64,000 nt of DNA, taken from IMG/VR virus record IMGVR_UViG_3300044646_002092, positions 52,445 to 116,444 of that record. The stretch is one strand, 5' to 3'. Position numbers and translations under genes: made by a program. Under the pieces are notes generated by a model, which worked only from the letters and a program-made list of their open reading frames with translations, was not told the origin of the DNA and did not search any database. Of the stretch, positions 56,762-64,000 are shown one piece after another; position 1 is the first letter of the stretch, and each line of letters starts with the position of its first letter. Origin of the DNA: a virus.

Positions 56762-57417
56762 AAATACAAATCCCCACTCTGCATAAAGAAGGTATTTTTA
56801 CCAAAATCTAAGTATTTGTCAAATCGATAAACTTGACCATAGTAACTAACTGTTTCCACACCTATAACTTGAGTATTCACCAACTTCAGTAATCTCTTTT
56901 TTCTGACAAATGGGGAAAACCCTAAAAATGGGAGAAATACATCAAAACCAATTCGTATCTTAATAGTTGTGCGGTCAGTTATAGCAAGACCTTTTAGGTC
57001 GGATACTTTATAGGCTGTGCTTTCTTTATCTTTGTATACTGTAGCGATTTCGGAGTAGTAGTTAACCCAATCTAAATCTCTGTAAGTATTTAAGTCTGCA
57101 AAATAAAAGTCAATTGTAGCGGTTTTTGAGTTTAAAAAATCTCCTACTGTTAAGTAGTAGCAAGAGTTAAGGTCAACAGTAGGATACCGTGAACTTGAAT
57201 TATTATACCCATTTGTTCCGAGATTTGCAAAATTGAAACCTACAAGAAAAGGTAATTTACTTCTCTGTATAAAATTGATAGCAGTTAAGTAACTTGCTTG
57301 AGCTTCGTGGCTACTAAGAGAAACTGTATTGACATTTTGATTATCATAAGGTGACACAGGAGAACCTCCAATCCAAGTAGGTAAACGTTTAGGAGTATCT
57401 TTAAATAATTTCCACAT
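56752..57417 (-). CDS. Hypothetical tail-region protein
   Basis: Coupled within the tail operon. Confidence 0.6.
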   Translation of the reverse strand: MWKLFKDTPKRLPTWIGGSPVSPYDNQNVNTVSLSSHEAQASYLTAINFIQRSKLPFLVGFNFANLGTNGYNNSSSRYPTVDLNSCYYLTVGDFLNSKTATIDFYFADLNTYRDLDWVNYYSEIATVYKDKESTAYKVSDLKGLAITDRTTIKIRIGFDVFLPFLGFSPFVRKKRLLKLVNTQVIGVETVSYYGQVYRFDKYLDFGKNTFFMQSGDLYLCP

Positions 57418-57789
57418 TTAACTAATTGCAAATTCTGGATTATTGAACTCGACACCTTGAATTGTATAAGTTCTATAACACTGTTCAGACCCTACAGTGT
57501 ATATCCCCCCGTAGTCAACTGCAATAACTGTCCAAGTTTGCCCTCTAAATGAAAAAGATTGACTACCAAACTGTTGTAGTGAGGGTTTTTCAAAAGGAAT
57601 ATCAGCTACTTTGATTCCTTCAAAATTTATCGTTACTGTTTCATAAGTAACAGAGCCAGCTAACAAGGAAGAGTTGTTAAGCAAGAAAAAGGCATTGGCA
57701 TTTTGAGCATTAATTTTCCCAAAAGAAACTGCTCCCGATTTTAACGGAAAGCCAAAAAGCTTCTCTTGGGAAAAACTAAGCCCAGCCAT
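57418..57789 (-). CDS. Small tail-region protein (distal-tail-like)
   Basis: Similar layout to 57796..58203 (K.[FY]G.P...G...F). Confidence 0.55.
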   Translation of the reverse strand: MAGLSFSQEKLFGFPLKSGAVSFGKINAQNANAFFLLNNSSLLAGSVTYETVTINFEGIKVADIPFEKPSLQQFGSQSFSFRGQTWTVIAVDYGGIYTVGSEQCYRTYTIQGVEFNNPEFAIS

Positions 57790-57795
57790 AGGAAA

Positions 57796-58203
57796 TTAAC
57801 CCAGCTTACCAATATATTTGTTGGTGACAAAGGTGACAGGAAACGATTTGAGAGTTTCTTCAGTCGCTCCTACACGAATACCACCAGTTTCTTCGTACTG
57901 ATAAGGATACATGGTGTTACCACGATATAGAATACCACCAGTTAGACCAGTACCAGCAGTCAAATTGACCTGACCGAGCAGCATGGCTTCTTGGTTAGCA
58001 TCACAAGTTGCTTGAATATCTTCAGCAGCACTCAAAGAGATACCACCGATGTCGAAAGTGTAAGTACGAGCAGAGATGTTACCAGTAGCAACGAAGTCGC
58101 CAAGGTTGGCTACTGTGGAGTCGATGGACAGTTCGCCAGCAGTGATTTTGTCTGCGGGGACTGGTATGCCGTAAATTTTCGTTTGTTGAACGTTAAGGCT
58201 CAT
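57796..58203 (-). CDS. Small tail-region protein (distal-tail-like)
   Basis: Tandem paralog-like neighbour of 57418..57789. Confidence 0.55.
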   Translation of the reverse strand: MSLNVQQTKIYGIPVPADKITAGELSIDSTVANLGDFVATGNISARTYTFDIGGISLSAAEDIQATCDANQEAMLLGQVNLTAGTGLTGGILYRGNTMYPYQYEETGGIRVGATEETLKSFPVTFVTNKYIGKLG

Positions 58204-58392
58204 TTATTTTAGTTTGTCCACTATTTTCTTCAATTATATCACTGCGGACAGATTGACAAATTACAATGATTACTTCCAAAACTTTTATTTGTTAACCATT
58301 TACTTACTAAAAATACTTTATTAACTGCTGGGTTATTATTTTTATGTGCTATAGTAAGTACAAGTAAAAATTAACTACTACCACTAATCACT

Positions 58393-59214
58393 ATGGAAAC
58401 TGTAAATCCTATTATTGTTGATGACATTGAGTTATATGTAAGTGCCGATGGACAGGAATCTGGAATGTCCATCAGTGCGTTGGCTCGGTTTATTGGTAAG
58501 ACAGAAGCTAGTCTGCGTACAAGAATTTTGTCCAATATTGATAAGTCAGATGAAGACCGTGCAAAACCACTACCAAAAACCTTAGAGCCTTTTGCTGGTA
58601 AGGCTTTTAGCACCGTGCTTGCTGGTGTAAATGGTGCTAAAATCGTTCCAGCTAAAACTTGTGAGGCTTTGATTTTCTATTATGCTTTTGAAAAGCAAGA
58701 TTCTCAGGCTCTATTCGCCTATAGAAAATTTGCACAGAAAGGTCTGCACCAGTGGATTAAAGAGGCAACTAACAGCATTGAAGACAGAAACGACTCTAAG
58801 TTGCTTGCAACAATGCAGGAAATTCTTTCTGAAGTTCGTGGTCTAAAAGAAGTTTCTAAACGCTATACTGCAATCCGCGAAAAAACTTCAACATACATGA
58901 CTGGAACAGATGAGTTACTAAATCTGCTTGAAGACAATTCTGGTATGCTTCCAAGCGCTCACGACGGATTATTTCCTGACGGTAAAATGTCTCTCGAAGC
59001 TTGGCTCTACTACAAAAAAGATGGTTTGACTCTTCCTCGACCACTATTCAGACGACTTGCAAGCATTGTTGCTGAAACATATCGCTCTTTGGTTAAAGAT
59101 GACCCTGAAAAACGCCACTGCATTGTTGCTGGCAAGAAAAAATACAATGTGTCAGTGTATTCTGAGATTCATTTTCCTATTTTGCAAGTCGCGTTAAATA
59201 AAGTCATGGCTTAG
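58393..59214 (+). CDS. Antirepressor-like DNA-binding protein
   Basis: ELYVS.DG.ESGMSISALARFIG HTH-like N-terminus; FAQKGLHQWIK; own extended -10 (GTGCTATAGT at 58346); inserted against the tail operon. Confidence 0.65.
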   Translation: METVNPIIVDDIELYVSADGQESGMSISALARFIGKTEASLRTRILSNIDKSDEDRAKPLPKTLEPFAGKAFSTVLAGVNGAKIVPAKTCEALIFYYAFEKQDSQALFAYRKFAQKGLHQWIKEATNSIEDRNDSKLLATMQEILSEVRGLKEVSKRYTAIREKTSTYMTGTDELLNLLEDNSGMLPSAHDGLFPDGKMSLEAWLYYKKDGLTLPRPLFRRLASIVAETYRSLVKDDPEKRHCIVAGKKKYNVSVYSEIHFPILQVALNKVMA

Positions 59215-62200
59215 ACACCAAAAGCAACTTTAGACAAGTCCAGAAAAGCTTTACCGAAATCATTAAGACTTTTCTGGATAATATCACCACTCTTTCCAAC
59301 CGCAGCACCAACTTTATTCAGGTTGTCACCTCCGAATGTAGTCTTCACTCCGTCAAGGCTGATTGTGTTGTTGACAACTACCGATAGATTTTGTTGACCC
59401 GATACTGAGTTGGGGTTCTGAGGCTTGTTAGGAGAAGCTGCGGCAAAATCATTGGTAATTTTCTTGGTGTCCTTGTTTATTTGTTCTTGCAGTCTGAGGG
59501 CTTGTTGTTGAACCGAGTCTCTGGTGTTAGCGCCAATCCCTTGCAGTTGCTTCTGTGTTGTATCAAAGTCCTTGCCGAATGGTGTACGTTCAGCTATATT
59601 TTGGATAGGTCGTTGAGCGCTCAAACCGAATCCAGAACTTAGGGCTTTGCTTACAAGGTCAATTGAAGCTATACCAGCAATAGGGTTTCTCTGAGCTATA
59701 TCAAGAATTTGACTTTGACCAGCCAAATCGATGTTGCGAATTTTGTCAAAAGTATCTTGACGAACGAATTGCTGCGTTTCTTGATTAAGGTTAAGCGCTC
59801 CTCTTGTTTGAGCCTGAGCATAGGCAATATTTTTGGGGATATTGCCAATAACCTGATTAACAGAACTAATATCACCAACTTGAATACCACTTGCAGGGTC
59901 AATTTTCTCAACTAATTTTCCTAACAACTGAGTTTGAGTCAGTGCATTAGTCAACATCAGATTCTCGGTCAACAACTGCTGGCGTTGAACCTGAAGTGTG
60001 TTAAGTTCTTTTTCCCCAGCACGACCAGCTTCGTTTTTATCAGCTTTAGTTTTTTCGATTGTGCCAAGAATTTCATTACGACCAGCCCAAGCCACAGCCG
60101 CAGGATTATTTTGCCCGAACAAGCCAAGAACAGAACCAGTGAAACCTCTTGTAGCCTGATTAGTTTGGACTGTGGAAGCTTCTCTGCGTCCTTGTAGGTC
60201 TAAACGAGCGTTAGCTAGTGTTGCTACCTTCTCAAGCTTGTCAGAACCTTCTCTTGCGATGGCATTGAAACGTTCGAGCGAAGCGTTAACTCCTTCAAGA
60301 ATCGTGCGTTGCTTTACATACTGAACATCGCGGTCATATTCAATCTGAGCAGACTTAAGTTGTTTACTAAGGTCTTTTTCAGCTTTGTTTAAATCTGGGT
60401 CTGAGCGCCCTTGTTTTAAGGCATCTAGCTCTGCTGCTGCAACTCTGTCTCTGGTAGCTCTGAGAGTATTTACCTTAGCTGCTGACTTGGAAATGTCCTT
60501 GTTGGCATCTATTAGAATTTGATTGAGCTTGTCGCCAAATTTGGAACCAATATTACTGAACACCGCACCAAGCGAAGAGGCAGAAAAGAGAGATGAGGCA
60601 GTAGAGCCAAGTGAACTGAATGCGTCTCCAACCCCTTTCGAGATGTCGATAAGTCGTTGCTGATTAGCAAAAGAGGCATCAATAGCAGCTTCGTTACGTG
60701 CAATAGTCTCAGCTAACGCTCCAATCTCTTGTTTGAGACGATTGGCGACAACAGTGAATTTTAGGTCATCTTCAGCTTGCTTGACTACCTTCTTGGCACT
60801 TTCAATATCAATATTGGCAACGCGCTCTTTTAATTGGTCTGCGCCGCCAGTTATAGAGTCTTTACCTTTTTGGGCGTTGGCTATGTTAGTTTGTAGAGTT
60901 TCTTGCTCTGCCCTAATTTGGTCAGCCGCATCCAAATAAGCCTTACGAACAGCCTCAGAGCCAGAATTTCTAGCTACGTCAGTATCGATAAACTGATTGC
61001 CATTTGCATCTTTACCGATAAGCTTAGAGAGTTTAGTAGCTACCGAATCATTTGCAGCATTTTTTGTAAGTTCTGGCAGGGTGTCTATAGGGATTATAGA
61101 AGTAGACTCTTTTGTAAATCTATCAAACTCTTCTTTAAAAAGAGCTTGTTTTAACTGCTCTAAAGATGCGGGGTCAATTTTAAAAAATCCGCCTTGAGCT
61201 TTACTTTCACTCTCTTTCAGTTTTTCTTGATTCAACTGTATAGTCTTATCAGCTTCAGCTTTTTTGTTTGCTACATCCTTGCTACTTGCCAAATCGATAG
61301 CTGAGTCAATTCCAAACTTAGATTGAGCGTCCTTGCCAGAGATTTTTCCGTTGGTGAGTACTGATTGTAATAACTGAGTCCTGTTGCCGACTTCGACTTG
61401 CGCCGCCTCAAGAATGTTCTTTTTAGTGATTTCTTCTTCCCGCGCCGATATTGCCAAAGACTCCTGTTTAACAGACAATTCTTTTTCTGCCGCCGCAAGC
61501 TTTGCCTGAGCTAGTGAAACGGTAAAGGAGCCGAATTTACTCTCTTGCGAAAATAGAGAGACAATATTTTTCTGTACATCTAAAAGTTGCTGATTGAAAG
61601 TGAGTATTTGCTTACGTTTGCCAAGTTCTTCAGTAATTTGCCCAGAGTTTTTAATATTAAAAGCTTCAGCGCTAAGGTCTGCAATCTTGCTTAATGTGTT
61701 TGCATACTCAACAGCATCAATATTAGGTTTATCTAGCCCTGCCTTTAATGTGGCTATGTTCTTTTGTATGGATTGTAAATTACGTGCAGTTGCTTGACCT
61801 ATAGCTTCACCTCCAACTGCCCCTAAGCCAGATAAGGTAGAGAATAGTTTGGTATAAGAATTGGCGATTGCAGTGTTGTAGCCAATTGCTTTTTCTGCAA
61901 CAACTTTGAAAGCGTTGTCAGTAGCTTTTTGTAATAAAGGATTAGAGGCGATGACTTGAGTTGCCTTAGCTTCTTTTGTGATGCGTTGAAGAGCATCCAA
62001 TGCGCCTTGAGGGTCTAAGTCAGCTTGTACTTCTATGCTTTGAAGTGAATCTTTTATTTGGGAGTTTAGCTGACTGAGAATATTGACATCAACTTTCGAT
62101 ACATCAATTGTATCTACTGTAAACACAGTATCAAGAGTCTTCTTCAAGTCTGCAAATTGAGCATTAGCAGAACTTCTAGCTGCCGAAGTAAGTGTTACAG

Positions 62201-64000
62201 AAAGAGGAATATCACTTTTAAATGTGTTTAGTCGGCGTAGTTGATTATCAAGAACTGCTCGTTTTCTGTCTGTTTCTACAGCTTCTTTTTTAGGCTTTAG
62301 CTGACTTTCAAGAAGTTTTTCTTGCTCCCGAAGACTCTCAACTAAATCCCTAGCTCCTGCACCACCGTTTTCTTGAGCGTCTTTTATGGATGCACGAACA
62401 GTAGATAATTCCTTCTCAACTTGGTCAACTTGATTTTCAGCTTTGGTTTTGATTACTTGTAAGTCTTCCTCATTAAGAACAATACCTAACTGGATTTTTC
62501 TACCAACACTTTTTTCCTCGTCACTAAGGGCATTAAAATCTTTATTTTTAATAGCTTGTTGGTTTTTGGCAATTTGTGCAGATAATATTGACCTAGCTTT
62601 ACTAAACTCTTCTTGGTTGATACCGCTTATGAAAGATTTACCAGAAACAGTGTTGTAAAACTGCTTTAAGTTATCTAGTCCATCGAGAAAGTTTTTAGTA
62701 CTTTGGTCAAGTTTTTTTACCTGAACCTCTGCATCACTAAGACCTTTTACAAATTCATCTAAGCCCCCTACATTTTTTAAGTCTTTGAGGTCTTCTGTCA
62801 GTGTTTTGATTTCAGGTATGTTTGCTTTGTTTGTTAGCCCTGTGAATACATTGCCAAGAAATTGCAAAGCGGTAGACCCTGCAAAAACCGCAAGACTGAC
62901 TACTCCTAACCCTTTAGCAAAAGAAAACAATTCGCCAACTGCTCCGCCAATTACACTACGAACAGGGGCAGCAGCTTCCCAAAGTTTACCGAGACTCCCT
63001 GTGAGCTTGCCTACAGATTCTTTTACTCCACCAAAAGCACGACCTGCACCAGCAATCCCACTTTTCTCAGTAAAAGAGTTTAATCGTTTTAGTTCGGCAT
63101 CGCTTGCAGGAGGAATAAATACGCTATTCTTAATTACTTCAGGTTGTATTTTGTTACTTTTTCTTGCTCCAATTCCAGTGTTTTCTTTTACTTCTTGCCC
63201 AACTTTTTCAATTTCTTCGTTAACTTGCTTTACAATATCTTTTACTTTAGATACAACTGTCTTAGCAATTTTTACAATAGAGGCTTCAATCTTTTGGGCT
63301 AGTGTTTCATATTTAACATCTCCGTCATCAAGTTTTAAAGCTTGCTTAATTACTTGACCTAAACGACCAAGATTCTTGAACAGAAAAGAGAAAAATGCAA
63401 GAGGCGCAACTACACTAAATACACTACCGATGAAACCAGAAAATGCTTGAAATTTGTTAGCAACTCCGTCAATCGAACCTGCAAAGCTACCAAAAGCGCT
63501 ACTGCTTTTAGTCCCTAATATACCTAACAATTTATTAGTATCTTGAAGATTTTGCTTTACTCCTTCACCAAGCCCCGAACCAACCTCCTCAACCGCAGCT
63601 TGTGATTTATTAAAAGAAGACCTGAACGCACCTTCAAGTGTTTGGCTGCGTTCTTTGGAAGATTCAGTAAATTTGTCAATACCTTCAGCGCTTCCAGCAT
63701 TATCAATTTCTTCACGGAACTTTTTGCGGTTTTCCCCTCCAGACTGCAATAATGCGTTCGCGGCTTTTGCAGCTTCACTAGAACTAAAGATGTTGTTGAG
63801 GGCATCTCGACTACCGCCAGTAGCTTTGCCGATACGCTCAATAATTTTAATCAGACCTTCGGCTTTCAGCGCCCCAAATCCAAATTGAATTGGCTTTCCA
63901 GCTTCGTCTTTTAAAGTGGCTAGCGCGTTTTGAGCTTTAGGTACATTACTAACAATTTCGTTGACAAGAGACTTGATTGCAGTCGAACCCTCACTAGCAG
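59211..64000 (-). CDS. Tape measure protein (TP901-like domain), 5'-partial
   Basis: The frame is open to the window edge (ASEGSTAIKSLVNEI...GALKAEGLIKII...IFSS.EA.KAANAL); long Ala/Lys/Gln helical repeats with a hydrophobic segment. Confidence 0.85.
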   Translation of the reverse strand, partial: ASEGSTAIKSLVNEIVSNVPKAQNALATLKDEAGKPIQFGFGALKAEGLIKIIERIGKATGGSRDALNNIFSSSEAAKAANALLQSGGENRKKFREEIDNAGSAEGIDKFTESSKERSQTLEGAFRSSFNKSQAAVEEVGSGLGEGVKQNLQDTNKLLGILGTKSSSAFGSFAGSIDGVANKFQAFSGFIGSVFSVVAPLAFFSFLFKNLGRLGQVIKQALKLDDGDVKYETLAQKIEASIVKIAKTVVSKVKDIVKQVNEEIEKVGQEVKENTGIGARKSNKIQPEVIKNSVFIPPASDAELKRLNSFTEKSGIAGAGRAFGGVKESVGKLTGSLGKLWEAAAPVRSVIGGAVGELFSFAKGLGVVSLAVFAGSTALQFLGNVFTGLTNKANIPEIKTLTEDLKDLKNVGGLDEFVKGLSDAEVQVKKLDQSTKNFLDGLDNLKQFYNTVSGKSFISGINQEEFSKARSILSAQIAKNQQAIKNKDFNALSDEEKSVGRKIQLGIVLNEEDLQVIKTKAENQVDQVEKELSTVRASIKDAQENGGAGARDLVESLREQEKLLESQLKPKKEAVETDRKRAVLDNQLRRLNTFKSDIPLSVTLTSAARSSANAQFADLKKTLDTVFTVDTIDVSKVDVNILSQLNSQIKDSLQSIEVQADLDPQGALDALQRITKEAKATQVIASNPLLQKATDNAFKVVAEKAIGYNTAIANSYTKLFSTLSGLGAVGGEAIGQATARNLQSIQKNIATLKAGLDKPNIDAVEYANTLSKIADLSAEAFNIKNSGQITEELGKRKQILTFNQQLLDVQKNIVSLFSQESKFGSFTVSLAQAKLAAAEKELSVKQESLAISAREEEITKKNILEAAQVEVGNRTQLLQSVLTNGKISGKDAQSKFGIDSAIDLASSKDVANKKAEADKTIQLNQEKLKESESKAQGGFFKIDPASLEQLKQALFKEEFDRFTKESTSIIPIDTLPELTKNAANDSVATKLSKLIGKDANGNQFIDTDVARNSGSEAVRKAYLDAADQIRAEQETLQTNIANAQKGKDSITGGADQLKERVANIDIESAKKVVKQAEDDLKFTVVANRLKQEIGALAETIARNEAAIDASFANQQRLIDISKGVGDAFSSLGSTASSLFSASSLGAVFSNIGSKFGDKLNQILIDANKDISKSAAKVNTLRATRDRVAAAELDALKQGRSDPDLNKAEKDLSKQLKSAQIEYDRDVQYVKQRTILEGVNASLERFNAIAREGSDKLEKVATLANARLDLQGRREASTVQTNQATRGFTGSVLGLFGQNNPAAVAWAGRNEILGTIEKTKADKNEAGRAGEKELNTLQVQRQQLLTENLMLTNALTQTQLLGKLVEKIDPASGIQVGDISSVNQVIGNIPKNIAYAQAQTRGALNLNQETQQFVRQDTFDKIRNIDLAGQSQILDIAQRNPIAGIASIDLVSKALSSGFGLSAQRPIQNIAERTPFGKDFDTTQKQLQGIGANTRDSVQQQALRLQEQINKDTKKITNDFAAASPNKPQNPNSVSGQQNLSVVVNNTISLDGVKTTFGGDNLNKVGAAVGKSGDIIQKSLNDFGKAFLDLSKVAFGV

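Noticed and set aside
59696-63888. Numerous 60-190-aa ORFs overlapping the tape measure and other long genes
   Set aside because: Antisense or alternate-frame shadows of long genes with no family motifs or RBS.
1-64000. Genome-wide stop-codon reassignment to explain the ligase TAA
   Set aside because: Very long genes are open in code 11, TAA terminates most genes, and no suppressor anticodon is among the six tRNAs.

Overview
This is a 64-kb internal segment of a large tailed dsDNA phage genome, AT-rich by eye, standard genetic code. The host is probably a cyanobacterium; this is inferred from the cyanobacterial-type IsrB/RRXRR element, small RHH genes, phoH, an Hsp20-like gene and apparent GATC avoidance. 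Positions 1-9.5 kb hold early and nucleotide-metabolism genes (thyA, Hsp20-like, DarG/TARG1-type macrodomain, an RNA ligase with an in-frame TAA) and a complete IsrB-omegaRNA (OMEGA) locus. Positions 9.5-64 kb are mostly virion genes: LamG, FN3 and beta-propeller fibre proteins, a tail fibre with 14-aa repeats, a DUF935-like portal, tail-tip genes and the 3' part of a TP901-type tape measure gene. Islands of small plus-strand genes are interleaved (phoH, two KilA-N, rlpA, ruvC), together with a cluster of six tRNAs and two GIY-YIG/NUMOD3 endonucleases. The strongest unexplained signals are: (1) a terminal M-x-H-F-A-N-F-like peptide tag shared by five late-region proteins, including a kinase-like protein tagged at both ends, suggesting a capsid-targeting or processing code; (2) a twice-repeated cassette of a tiny RHH gene divergent from a GIY-YIG nuclease; (3) a ~215-nt highly structured RNA inside the tRNA cluster; (4) a transposase-less IsrB-omegaRNA with a promoter that would define a short guide; (5) two origin-like repeat regions, each preceding a paralogous DNA-binding protein. 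All family calls are from pattern recognition only; no database searches were run.
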